A stretch of DNA of 58,212 nt from Octopus sinensis (Eukaryota): positions 1 to 58,212 of the forward strand of contig NW_021834832.1 in the NCBI RefSeq assembly GCF_006345805.1, written 5' to 3'. The notes beneath the pieces were generated by a model. It was not told where the DNA came from and made no database searches. It worked only from the letters and a program-made list of their open reading frames with translations. How positions within the stretch are numbered: the first letter of the stretch is position 1; each line of letters begins with the position of its first letter. Shown in pieces: positions 13,739 through 26,454 of the stretch. A program made the translations under genes and the position numbers.

Positions 13739-14774
13739 ATATAATTATATATGTGGTATTTGTATCTGTGTGTGTATGTAGTCAAATATTCGAGTTATTA
13801 TGAACTAAATTTCGCCCACCCCTCACCAAATTCGGCCGAAATTTGAGCTTCTAAATTAAGCAACATCCGTTGGTGACTCAACTAAACTGGTATAGTATTT
13901 CCTCAGAAAAGAAAAGCTAAAAACACAACAAAAGAGTATCAATAACAAGAATTATATTTTAAAAAAAGTAAATTAAAGGAAAACATAAGAGAAAAATATA
14001 TTATTTCTTTGTTTTATTTTGTATTTTGTTTCCATATTTCAGAGAGAAATGTACGAAATATTTAAGGTGTGTTTGCTCTCGCCTTAATTATGGTTAATAA
14101 ACATTTAAAAACATTATCTCTTATTGTTTGTTCCTCTGAACAATAGCAACGCTGGGGTGAATCACACGAACCAGTGTCATATTGAACATGTTGCGTCAGC
14201 TGGGGTGTGTATTATTATTATTGAGTGAGAGAGCAGTGCACGCCATCAATGTGACACTGGGGTAAAATATACGAAGTCCAGTATACCCATCATGACTACC
14301 CGTCAGATAAGGGTACACCAGGCACATGCATCACAACCATATGTGCTCGACATGGTGATCTTATATTAAGATAAACAGTGCATGACCTTGCATAACCCTA
14401 ACCCAGTTAGAATTTTCTTCAGGTTGAGTAGCCCATCTTGCTCAAATGGTCTCTCAATAAGGGTTGTTGAAGGATGTTTTCGGAAGTGAATTATCCAAAC
14501 CCCAAATAATTCCTCTCAACACATAGCTATGATGCTCCCCCACTACTTCTGCCACTAAGGGACATGTTCAACTGGTTAAGGTCAAACAACTGACAAGCAA
14601 ACCTGTGGTGTTGAGCAGAATATTTGCTGTAACCCTTCTTCTATACCAGGACAAAGCAATGTACATAACACTTCCAGTCAGTTAAGACCAGAAGCCACGA
14701 GAGCCACTGTCTGGTACTGCACCAGGGCATTTATTCTTGTTGTTGTTGTTATTATTATCATTATTATTGTTATT

Positions 14775-15440
14775 AAGCTGTGATTAAAACTCACAGCTTA
14801 TTTACCTGGGTATGAAGGAAAGTATCAGCTGTCCACAACCAGCAGACCATGGTGACACTTGTTTACTGGTCATGCTTCAAGAACCCCGCGAAGAATTCTT
14901 GCAGTTCCAAAGCAATGCTGATGTTTGTAGATACCCTCCCTTCACACTTGCACCGATCTTTTTCAGCCGTGTTGGTATATCTGGCCTATTGGCCTTAATT
15001 TCCCTATCTGTGTGTATTGGCATATCCTTTAGTATGGTTGCTTTCTCGTTTTCTGTGACCTTTTGTGGCGTGTGCTTATACCATCTTTTTTCTGTTGTTA
15101 TTCCATAGTGTTGGCGTAGCTTCCAGTGTATGTAGGTCCCAACTCTGTCGTGTCTGGGAATATATTCCTCCTTAACCAGGACTGGGCAACCAAAGATAAT
15201 ATGATTTATTGTTTCTTGTCCGTCTCCACATATTCTGCAGTTACTTGAATTTCTTTTTATTACATGTTTTTGGTAATTTCTGGTGAGGAGGCTTTGGTCT
15301 TGTGCTGCAATTAAAAATCCCTCTGTCTCTGCTTTGAGTCCTGAGCTTCTCAACCATTGTTGGCATTTTGCTTTGTCTATTGCTTTTGCGTTTAGTTTAA
15401 CCCAGTATTTACTATGAAGGGGCTTTTCTTGCCATCATTT
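14775..15440 (-). mobile_element. 5'-truncated R4/Dong-like non-LTR retrotransposon (copy A)
   Basis: LKAETEGFLIAAQDQ...CRICGDGQETINHIIFGC (CCHC knuckle)...RHD...IHWKL...TDREIKANRPDI. Its 3' end has a 9-bp hairpin (aagctgtga/tcacagctt, 14775-14799) next to a TAA-type tract. Confidence 0.85.
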
Positions 15441-15452
15441 TATCATGATCCG

Positions 15453-15516
<64 letters not shown>

Positions 15517-15519
<3 letters not shown>

Positions 15520-16143
15520 TAGTTTTATTTTTATAGTGTGCTTTCACTTCACTACCGAGCGCAGCTCTGTGTGCCTTGGGTATGTGCTGTGATTTGTTGT
15601 GATGCTCTGATGGTTATTGTATGGAAAGTGTTCTGCGTAGGATGTGTGCAGTGCCTAGTAGTGCAATTTTCTGTATGTTATATGTGTTTGTAAGTCCTGG
15701 TGTTTTTGTTATGTATTTGTCTGAATATTTTTTTATCATGCCTAATGCACCTACTATGATAGGAATTGTTTCTGTTTTTAGATTTCACATTCTGGTTACC
15801 TCTATTTCCAGGTCTTTGTATATTGAGAGTTTCTCCATTTCTTTTAGAGACACGTTGTCATCCGCTGGTATTGATACATCAATTAGAAAACATTTTTTTC
15901 CTTCATGATCTCTGACAACTATATCTGGTCTGTTGGCCTTTATTTCTCTATCTGTGTGTATTGGCATATCCCAGAGTATGGTTGCTTTCTCGTTTTCTGT
16001 GACCTTTTCTGGTGTGTGCTCATACCATCTTTTTTCTATTAATATTTCATAATGTTGGCATAGTTTCCAGTGTATATAGGTCCCAACTCTGTCGTGTCTG
16101 TGAATATATTCCTTCTTAGCTATGACTGGGCAGCCAGAGATAT
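15517..16143 (-). mobile_element. 5'-truncated R4/Dong-like non-LTR retrotransposon (copy B)
   Basis: NRPDIVVRDHEGKKCFLIDVSIPADDNVSLKEMEKLSIYKDLEIEVTRM (PD..D restriction-like endonuclease)...ALLGTAHILRRTLSIQ*; about 100-nt 3' UTR running into (AAT)n. Confidence 0.88.
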
Positions 16144-16145
16144 TA

Positions 16146-16217
<72 letters not shown>

Positions 16218-16219
<2 letters not shown>

Positions 16220-16400
16220 CTGTTTGAATTTTGCTTTGTGTTTGTACAAGTTGACTCCGAGTCTCACCCAGAGACCCCAAGAAACAACAAGTTAGAAGTT
16301 CAAGTGGGTATTATGACTAGGGTGTCATATTTTTAGTTTGCTCTAGAGAGTGTTTGTCAAAACATAAGAAATGTAAAAGTTTGCTTTAAAAGTTATTTCA
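16218..16400 (-). mobile_element. Probable 3' UTR of a third non-LTR element abutting (TAA)n
   Basis: Same position relative to a (TTA)n tract as copy B; no coding sequence recognised, so the class is inferred. Confidence 0.4.
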
Positions 16401-16849
16401 CGATAAGACGAGTGTTTGCCATTATGTACATTTAAAAATACTGTAAAGAGCATCGCAATCACTAGTGTGACTAGCAGAGTGATGCTCCCCTTTCCTGGTA
16501 ATATATCTCAATATCACCAAATACAGCCTGCATGTGACAGTTTGGGTTTCATTAGTGAAGGGGAAATAGGTCACACCTTTATAGGAATGAATGCATAAAC
16601 GTCTTTCCCACTGGCTGATATAACATCAGATTACACAAACGGAACTAATTCGACTCACCGGAACTGGTGTGATTTACAACCTTTGTCAGGTTCCAATATT
16701 GAACATATGCCAACAATATTATTTTACAGAATATTTTAAAATTAATAAAATAAAACCTATAAAAATGAAATATTGCCGCGATTCGCTTATTTAATAGGTC
16801 TGGATTAAAAGAGCCTTTACCCTTATTTTATAAGAGCCTTTACCCGAAA

Positions 16850-17555
16850 CTTTGGGGTGGGGGCGCAGTCGATTAGATCGCCGCCGGTACACAACTTAAT
16901 TTATCGACCCCGAAACGATGAAAGGCAAAGTCGACCTCGGCGGAATTTGAACTCAGAACGTAAAGACAGACGAAATACCTATTTCTTTACTACCCACAAG
17001 GGGCTAAACACAGAGGGGACAAACAAGGACAAACAAACGGATTCAGTAGATTATATCGACCCCAGTGTGTAACTGGTACTTATTTAATCGACCCAGAAAG
17101 GATGAAAGGCAAAGTCGACCTCGGTGGAATTTGAACTCAGAACGTAACGGCAGACGAAATACCTATTTCTTTACTACCCACAAGGGGCTAAACACAGAGG
17201 GGACAAACAAGGACAAACAAACGGATTCAGTAGATTATATCGACCCCAGTGTGTAACTGGTACTTAATTTATCGACCCCGAAAGGATGAAAGGCAAAGTC
17301 GACCTCGGTGGAATTTGAACTCAGAACGTTAAGACAGACGAAATACCTATTTCTTTATTACCCACAAGGGGCTAAACACAGAGGGGACAAACAAGGACAG
17401 ACAAACGGGTTCAGTCGTTTATATCGACCCCAGTGCGTAACTGGTACTTAATTTATCGACCCCGAAAGGATGAAAGGCAAAGTCGACCTCGGCGGAATTT
17501 GAACTCAGAACGTAGCGCCCGGCGTGCTAAAGTTTCTGACAACTCGCCGCCTTTA
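16850..17555 (-). repeat. Family B SINE with about four head-to-tail 180-bp internal units
   Basis: Units restart near 16897, 17079, 17265 and 17449 (...tatcgacccc/ag...gaaaggatgaaaggcaaagtcgacctcgg). Confidence 0.88.
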
Positions 17556-17949
17556 AAAGAGCCTTTACTTATTCATCTATACGCCATTTCTTGCCGCTGT
17601 TTAGCCCCAGGTCAATCTTTATTGATGCGACCTGTTATTAAAAGCTGGCTGCTATTTCTAGCTGGGTCTACCTACCATACAGATGATCCCCTCTTCAGTT
17701 GGAATATCTCAGTTTTGTTTATAAAGAAATGAAAATAAGCGAGGCCTCTGTTCTCTTATCATTAAAACAGTTTGTAACTAATATTTATTTACGGTCAATA
17801 GAAATATTGTGTGTCTCCAGCTAAGCTGGAGAAAAACATTTTCTTTATGTGTTTTGGATTATGTCGTGTGTATGTGTGTGTGTGTTGTATGTTTATTGTG
17901 TTCTGAATATGTATGAATGCATGCATGCATGTATGCAGGCCTGTCTGTC

Positions 17950-17987
<38 letters not shown>

Positions 17988-18177
17988 GGATCATTAGTGT
18001 TTTTCGTTGAACAAGCAGCACCCTTGTCATGTGTTCCGCCCTGCCCTGCCCTGCCCTGATCCCGCCTGCATAATCTATTTACCATTCAACACAGCAAACA
18101 AACACTTTACTGAAGTTTAAAACTATAAGGCAAAACCGCAATACAATTGTAACCCGAAACACCATTAATAGTTTTAA

Positions 18178-18214
<37 letters not shown>

Positions 18215-18329
18215 ATGTACGTATGTATGCATGTGTGTGCATGTGTGTGCGTGTGTGTATGTTTCTTCTTTGAGTTTTATTTCAGTTCTTCTCGAGAGAG
18301 ATTCCAAGCCAGTTGCTAACAAAGTGACA

Positions 18330-18635
18330 AGATTTTCCGAGTGAAGAGAGTTCCTGGTGTTTGTAAATCTGTGGTTGAGTTGGTGGGTTGGGGTTCAACT
18401 GTCGATGAACACATAAAAGTGTGTGCATCTATTCACCTGAAAATCTCAGATGGAGAATTTTTGGAATGTCTTACAGATCTCCACTGTGCCACTTATCGAC
18501 TGGATTTGAAGAATCCACGGCAGTTTCTTTTGCCCTTTCTCTGTGAAGCCGAGTATTTCTAGGTTATTGTGCAAATTTGTTGGTGCATTACCTAATGCAT
18601 CTATGACGATAGGGACATATGAGAATTTAGTCACC
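18330..18635 (-). mobile_element. 3' end of an RLE-type (R2/R4/NeSL-like) non-LTR element
   Basis: YVPIVIDALGNAPTNLHNNLEILGF...ILQIQSISGTVEICKTF resembles the PIVIGALG...GT C-terminus of RLE-bearing LINEs. Confidence 0.65.
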
Positions 18636-19328
18636 GTATGTATGTATGTATGCATGCATGCATGCATGCATGCATGCATGCATGTATGCATGTATGTATG
18701 CATGTATGTATGTATGCATGTATGTATGTATGTATCTATGCATGTATGTATTTATGTATGCATTTATGTATGTATGTAGGTATATGTTTTTCGTATGTAT
18801 GTATATTTTTATGTATGTATGTATTTATGTATTTATGTTTGTATGTATGTGTCTGGTATGTATGTTTGTGTGTGTTTGTATGTATGCATGCATATGTGTG
18901 TATATATATCTATGTACATGTGTGTGTATGTATATATGTCATTGTTCAGTTTTATTTCAAGATTTCTTGCCAATAGAGAAGGAGCCGGTTTCTATCCTAG
19001 ATCCAAGGCTCCTTCATTGGAATTTCAACATCGACAGCATGGTGTTTTTGTTTGTATGTATGTACAGTGCAGATTTGTATGTTTTTTTTTATGTATGCAT
19101 TCTCGTGCATATAGTTGTGTATATGTATGAGTATGTGTGTGCATGTTGTGTGTATATATCTATGCATGTATGTAGAAGTGCATGTAACTATGTACGTATG
19201 ACTGCATGTGTATGCGCAAGTGTATGCGTCTAACATTCCAGACGACTTTGGAACCAGTTTGAATCAAAGAAACCATCTTTGACCCAAAACTGCAATCAAG
19301 CCTAAAAGTCATTCTTCGTTGACACACG

Positions 19329-19394
<66 letters not shown>

Positions 19395-20289
19395 CACGAT
19401 TTATTCGCGATCAGAGTTGTCCGAAAACCGAGGTACTTCTGTATATTTGCTTGAATGCTTTTAATCATAATATTGGGATGTTTCGGTTTTCTCTATTTCC
19501 AAAGCTTTGTATTTTGAGTGTTGTTGTTGTTGTTCTTGTTCTTCTTTTTCTTCTTCTATTTCTTCTTCTTTTTCTTCTTCTTTTTCTTCTTCTCCTTCTC
19601 CTCCTCCTCCTCCTTCTTCTTCTTCTTCTTCTTCTTCTTCTTCTTCTTCTATTTGACTTTCCCCCATATGTTTGAACCACGGTTTATTCAAGTCATTGTC
19701 ATACGAAATTTTCTTTGGGGTAGTTGTAAAATAAGAACTATAATTACCTCAGGAAAGCCTACCCTCAATACCCGGGCGTCGACAAAAAAAAAATAGAAAA
19801 GAAAAGAAAAAGTAAAAAGGATTTGCTTTACAAACTTAAAAAAATTGCTTTACGTTATGTTTTCACATCTAAAATGGCTACCAAAATAGCTCCATACGCT
19901 ACATGACTGAACACGGTAAAAGCATGAACAAACAGATAAACAAATGAAATAAAATAAAAACAGACCAAAACAACACAACTGGATGGAGAAAAAGGAAGGA
20001 GAAAATAAATTACTTTGTGAACAATTAATAGTAAAAATATGTCAGACATTCAAATAAGCGGTTTTGAAGGCAGCCATAGTAGTAATAGCGACAATAACCA
20101 CTTAGATAGAGTTAAACGCTATAATCCATTAATACAATAGTTGTGTTAAAACTAATCTTTTAATGCAAATTAGAAAAACAGAATTTGCTGACCCACCATA
20201 TTTACAAAAGTAGAATGTAGTGGGGAGGGTTAATTTTGTAAAGGTGAGAAGTATTTCTTTGCATCTAATCGGGCCTATTATATACAAGA

Positions 20290-20700
20290 TGGCTTCCCCC
20301 TCGTTATCGAGTATGGCCATTGCACGAAGCTTAACTGTTATTGGTACTGTGATCGAATGTGACTTTTTAGCCCAGCTAAAGATCTACAATGTCTTGTACA
20401 AAATTGGCAGCTAAAACCTTTACTGGTAATAGCCGGCTGTAGTTGTAACTGGGCTTCATGTACCTTTGCATGTCGTTTAAGTCCTCCTGCCGAATTACGC
20501 TCTCTTCCACATGCCCGACAGATATGATTAGTATGGTGTGCTACACCACCACCAGAGGCCAGGTTGTCACTCATCTGTCTCGCTTTATGACTACGAAGAT
20601 GACTCTTGAGTCCAGCTTTACTGAGGCAGGGTCTTGCACAGACACTGCATGTCAGCATCATAGGAAGACCCTTCCCATCTGGAAGTGTAACAGCGATGCC
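20290..20700 (-). mobile_element. RTE-like LINE 3' end with three C2H2-type fingers (copy 1)
   Basis: ORF 20338-20661: CSVCARPCLSKAGLKSHLRSH, CRACGRERNSAGGLKRHAKVH, CQFCTRHCRSLAGLKSHIRSQY. A short 3' UTR ending gccatactcgataacgagggg is shared with 38642-38958. Confidence 0.7.
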
Positions 20701-20789
20701 CTACATACACACATACATACACACACACATACATACATACACACACACATACATACACACATACATACATACACACATACATACATACA

Positions 20790-21123
20790 TTTTATTTATT
20801 TATTTTATTTATGCGCCATTTTCAAGCCTAGCCAGGCTCATGGGCCCAGTTTCCCGGTTTCTGTGGGGTATGTGTTCCCCCCCCCCCCAGCTGGACGGGA
20901 CGCCAGTCCATTGCAGTATTACTCAAGAAACAGGAAGAGAGAGTGAGAGAAAGTTGGGGCGAAAGAGTACAACAGGGGTCGCCACCACCATCACCCTGCC
21001 CGAGCCTCCTGGAGCTTTAGGTGTTTTCGCTCAATAAACTCACACAATGTCCAGTCTGGGAATCGAAACCGCGATCCTCCGACCGCGAGTCGGCCGCCCT
21101 AACCACTGGGCCATTCCGCCTCC
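20790..21123 (-). mobile_element. SINE with family C head and an alternative 3' module
   Basis: Head and body as family C, then gcaatggactggcgtcccgtccagctgggg in place of the usual tail. Confidence 0.75.
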
Positions 21124-21189
21124 ACACATACATATATACATACATACAATATATACCTGTACATACATGTCACTTAGTGTCAGCGTTAG

Positions 21190-21495
21190 TTCCACCCGTA
21201 TAGTTACCCTGTACCTTGGACAGCAAAATGTTTCCAATCATCCCAGTTTTCAACATAGTCGCCTGTATCTTCCCGGGTGATTTTAAGTTGCTGTCGAATG
21301 TATTCGTTCTTTTGGCAATCAGAAAGCGTGACCTGCAAGGTTCACTTCTCTTTCCGAACATATTCTCCAGTAATTTGTGCCGACTCGCTCTTCGCGGGGC
21401 TTCACGGTTCGTGATTCTCTCCCTGTAGGTGATGTTGAGTATTCTGTGTAGACACCATTGGTGGGATGCATTCACCCTTTGAGTGATCTTCTGTC
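21190..21495 (-). mobile_element. RTE-clade LINE relic (post-RT region)
   Basis: RVNASHQWCLHRILNITYRERITNRE resembles the RTE motif LxAFHxRCLRRILxIxWxDxITNxEV. Confidence 0.7.
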
Positions 21496-21593
21496 TGTGT
21501 GTGTATGTGTGTGTGCGTGCGTGCGTGTGTATATATGTGTGTGTCTCTGAATGTATGTAGGTATGTGCAAGTATGTGCATAAGTATATTTCGA

Positions 21594-21644
<51 letters not shown>

Positions 21645-21741
21645 CGGTGAAGAAAGTATATGCATCCACGAAAGATTCAAATCCTTTGTCATATTTACTC
21701 TGCACCGAGTTACAGACAACATCCCTGTTTCTCTTTCTCTT

Positions 21742-21774
<33 letters not shown>

Positions 21775-22774
21775 CTCACCTTCTCTCTCTCTCATGTCAC
21801 TCTCTACCCAAGAAATGCAGATCATCCCTCACTGATTGAAATTCAAAGAAAACCTATACCCACCGACACTTTTATTCAGAAAACCGCAATAAACAAACGA
21901 AAACCAAACGTTTGATTATTGGCTGAAGTGAATTTACAATAAACATCTACAACCGGAGAAACAACAGGAAACCAGCAAAAGGCCAGAAAACCCATTCATA
22001 TCGCGATTTTCATGTGTCATCTGTTGCATTATGACCACAGCTGCTGTGGAATCTTCTATGCATTATTTATATGGCGTTCATTAAAGCAACATTGCGGAGA
22101 ATTCCAAATAGATTATTTGATTTAACTAGAATCCGATAAGCCTCTTCCTCTCTGTCTCTCTCTCACCCCACCTTGTCAATATTAGTGGTGTGTTTTGTTT
22201 TTACAGCATAAATGTTTGAAAATGAGGTTTGCTTTGTATGGGAGATCTTGAATGCGCGTACGTCAGTGTAAGTGTGTATGTACATAGGTGCATGTATGTA
22301 TGTCTGGATAAATACATACATACTCACACACACATATATACCATACATATGTGTATGTATATGTATGTATATATACATATATATGTGCGTATATATATGT
22401 ATATACACATATGCACACAGACACACACACATACACACACATATACATATATATGTATATCTGCACGTGTATAAGTACAATATAATCCGAGTGTACAGTA
22501 ATATATATCCATCATGGCTGATCTTACCAGTCGGTTTCGCGTTAGGTGTACAACGGGGTGTTAGGTAACAATCCGATTATATAACCCTACACTCTTCAGA
22601 GGTAGCCACTATGGAATGAAATATGGCGGCTACTCTGTGTATGTATATCTTTATACATACATTATATATATACATATACGCGCAAACACATATATGATGT
22701 AAACTGAGACTGCTATAGAAGTGACTGAAAGATCTAGAATTTCGTACCAATTGCCGATCCTTTACTAATGGAAG

Positions 22775-22843
<69 letters not shown>

Positions 22844-23058
22844 GTAATATAATATGTGTCAATTATTCGGCTGTCATAAAAAGACTCCGAGTTTCGGATG
22901 TCAGGCCGGAAACCTGAAGAGAAGCTGGAGCAGGTTCCCGCCCAGACATCCGAGACTCGGAGTTTTATCATGGCAACCAAATAATTGTCGCATATTATAT
23001 TACAGATAAATTCCTCTATTTTACATAATATCATTCTTTTCTTGTCTTACCATTACTA

Positions 23059-23121
<63 letters not shown>

Positions 23122-23216
23122 ACGGGAAGGTTATGAAAATAAATGAAAGACGAAGGCAGGTGGAGTACAAACAAACAAATGTATTAGTATGGCGCTCAGG
23201 AATAGAAATAGAAAAA

Positions 23217-23256
23217 ATCTTTTACGTTTCGAGCCTACGCTCTTCGACAGAAAGAT
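23217..23256 (-). ncRNA. Minimal type I hammerhead-like motif, CUGUCGA variant
   Basis: AUCUUU-CUGUCGA-A-GAGC(GUAG)GCUC-GAAAC-GU-A-AAAGAU: 6-bp stem I, 4-bp stem II, palindromic ACGU stem III. Confidence 0.6.
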
Positions 23257-23329
23257 ACCTGAAAAAAAAAACAAAGAGAGAAAAAAATGCGTGTAGGAGC
23301 TAACGATCTATCATATATATATATATATA

Positions 23330-23363
<34 letters not shown>

Positions 23364-23424
23364 AAGGCAATTTCGAGGATAAAGATATGAATGTAGGTTA
23401 CAGAGTATTATCAATAGCAATATC

Positions 23425-23850
23425 TCTCTTTCTCTTTTACTTGTTTCAGTCATTTGACTGCGGCCATGCTGGAGCACCGCCTTTAATCGAGCAAATCGAC
23501 CCCGGGACTTATTCTTTGTAAGCCCAGTACTTATTCTATCGGTCTCTTTTGCCGAACCGCTAAGTGACGGGGACGTAAACACACCAGCATCGGTTGTCAA
23601 GCAATACTAGGGGGACAAACACAGACACAACCACAACACACACACACAACACACACACACACACCCACACAATATATATACATATATACGACAGGCTTCT
23701 TTCAGTTTCCGTCTACCAAATCCACTCACAAGGCTTTGGTCGGCCCGGGGCTATAGGCAGAAGACACTTGCCCAAGATGCCATGCAGTGGGACTGAACCC
23801 GGAACCATGTTGTTGGTAAGCAAGCTACTTACCACACAGCCACTCCTGCG

Positions 23851-23853
<3 letters not shown>
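23425..23853 (-). mobile_element. SINE family A, near full length
   Basis: Collinear with 6931-7363. Confidence 0.88.
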
Positions 23854-23896
<43 letters not shown>

Positions 23897-23969
23897 GTGT
23901 GTGTGTATGATGTATATTCTCTGTTTTACACATTCAGCCCCTTTTCTCCCAACGCTTGTAAAATCCAGC

Positions 23970-24003
<34 letters not shown>

Positions 24004-24293
24004 TAAACTCATACATGTATATTCTATCCCTCTCCCCCTATCAATATCCATTATGAACGGTTTTGAATTTATATAATAATGGAGGGGTTTGAAACGTACT
24101 CGAAACCCAGACCCCGCAGATTATAAACCGTCATACGTTGTATTATCCAGTCAGCCATTAACAGCTGGCATCAACCATGTACTGCAGTAATTAGCGAATA
24201 AGTATGTTACACCCATTAATTAAAATAGAATGTAATTAATTGGTCAGTGCTGATGGCGATGTAAATTAAGCATACTTGGTATGTATAAAATAT

Positions 24294-24327
<34 letters not shown>

Positions 24328-24334
24328 ATATATA

Positions 24335-24373
<39 letters not shown>

Positions 24374-24899
24374 TCTATATATATATATATATATTATATA
24401 TATATATATATATATATTCCGGCAGGGGATGGTGGTGATCCCTGCTGTACTCTTTCACCACCTAAAGGCAGTGCTCCAGCATGGCCGCAGTCAAATGACT
24501 GAAACAAGTACAAAAAAAAAAAATATATATATATGTATGTATGTATGTATAGATATGTTAGTATGTATGTATAGATATTTATGTGTGTATGTATGTAATG
24601 CATGCAGGTGTGTGTATGTGTGTATATGTATGTTTGTGTGTATGTATGTATGTATGCATGTATGTATGTGTACGTATTTACGCATGCATGTCAAGGAATG
24701 TGAGAATATGTGTCATGCTTTATGTATGTATACATATGCGTGTATGCCTACACGTGTATGTGTGTGTGTGTGTGTGTGTGTCTCCCCCTCTCTCTCTATA
24801 TATATATATATACACAGACACGACAGAAGTAAATACACCCTTATAATTTTTTAAAATTCATTTAAATCTGAAATTATACATTGAAATTATTTATTAATG

Positions 24900-25430
24900 G
24901 TTATTCTGTGAATATTTAATATTTAGTAGACATAACCCTTTGCATTTTTCGATGCAAGGTCCCTATCTGGCATGTTACTGATCAGATGACGTATAATCTC
25001 TTGGGTAATTTCCTGCCAAGTTTCATGCATTAATCTCAGAAGATCTGACTTTGAGGATGCTTTCTTACGAAGTGTCTGTCCATTATGCCTCAGAGGTGTT
25101 CAATATGGTTCATATCTGGTGACTCGCTTGGCCATGGAAAGCTTTTTAATGCCATTTCTCGTTCAACAAATCTCGGGTCATTTTAGCCATGTGATAAGGA
25201 ACCCAATCTTCCATAAATAAAGAGTCTTCTTCAATCAATTCACCACCGGAGAAGATTGGAAGGAGTCCTTTCTGTAATATGGGCACACATTTATCTGAGT
25301 TTATGTTTCCCTCAAACTCCACCGGCTCTGATCGATCATTGCTCCAAATTAACCCCCCAGACCATCACAGAATAGCCGCCGTGTTTCTTTGATAGCTGCA
25401 ATCTTTTCACATCAAATTCTTGATCACAGA
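24900..25430 (-). mobile_element. Tc1-family transposase relic
   Basis: KHGGYSVMVWG ... SLFMED ... WPSESPDMNHIEHL* (Tc1 KHGGGSVMVWG and WPxxSPDLNPIE motifs), with stops and frameshifts. Confidence 0.88.
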
Positions 25431-25714
25431 GTCTCCAGATCCACACTCGACCACTGTCAGGAAATATTTCTATGAGTTAGGGCTGTGAGCAGGCAGAATG
25501 GTTACAGCACCGGGCAAAAAGACTCAGCAACATTTCTTAAAACTCTACGTTTTGAGTTGAAATACCACCGAGGCCAACTTCGACTTTATTCCTTTCAGAG
25601 TCGGTAAAATAAATACCATTTGAGCACTGAAGTCCCCTGGTTTTATCTTACCCATGCGAGGTAGACTTAAACCGTGGATGAACTTCGACTGTTTAATGGT
25701 TAATAAATGTTTTT

Positions 25715-26100
25715 GAAAGGCGGCGAGTTGGCAGAAACGTTAGCACGCCGGGCGAAATGCTTAGTGGTATTTCGTCTGCGTTACGTTCTGAGTTCAAATT
25801 CCGCCGAGATCGACTTTTGTCTGTCGATTAAATAAGTACCAGTTACGCACTGGGGTCGATATAATCGACTTAATCCGTTTGTCTGTCCTTGTTTGTTCCC
25901 TCTGTGTTTAGCCCCTTGTGGGCAGTAAAGAAATATGTATTTCGTCTGTCTTTATGTTCTGTGTTCAAATTCCGCCAAGTCGACTTTGCCTTTCATCCTT
26001 TCGGGGTCGATAAATTAAGTACCAGTTGCGTACTGCGGTCGATCTAATCGACTGGTCCCCCTTTCCGCAAAATTTCGGGCCTTGTGCCTAGAACAGAAAA
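25715..26100 (+). mobile_element. SINE family B with two internal units
   Basis: aaggcggcgagttggcagaaacgttagcacgccgggcgaaatgc...gagttcaaattccgcc; ends gccttgtgcctagaacagaaaagaa. Confidence 0.88.
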
Positions 26101-26454
26101 GAATAAATGTTGTTGAAAGGATACGACATTCAAAAGCTATTCTCATTGATGTGAAGACTTCTTCCGACTTGTTTTCATTTTTATGAAAAGACAGTCGTTA
26201 TCGTTTTTTAATTTTTTTAGCTGCGGAAATGTATGGTGTCCGTCAAAAGCCTTTGTTTCAACAACAGCCAATCCAGATTCTGTCTAGCGTCCCATCAAAT
26301 TGCCCCAATGTTGGTGTGAACTCTTGTCCCATAAACACATTTTATTGTCACAACTTCGAGTGTCACATTTTTCTGATCCGGAAATATTCCCCCACACATA
26401 CATATGTATACGCATGTATTTCATATGTAAACATCATTTATCCACTCTATACTG

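Noticed and set aside
16850-17555. CRISPR-like or satellite array
   Set aside because: Units are 180-bp SINE segments with no unique spacers, in a eukaryotic intron.
20338-20661. Host C2H2 transcription-factor gene
   Set aside because: No TGEKP-type linkers, a second truncated copy with the same LINE-like 3' end, and microsatellite boundaries; treated as retroelement-derived.
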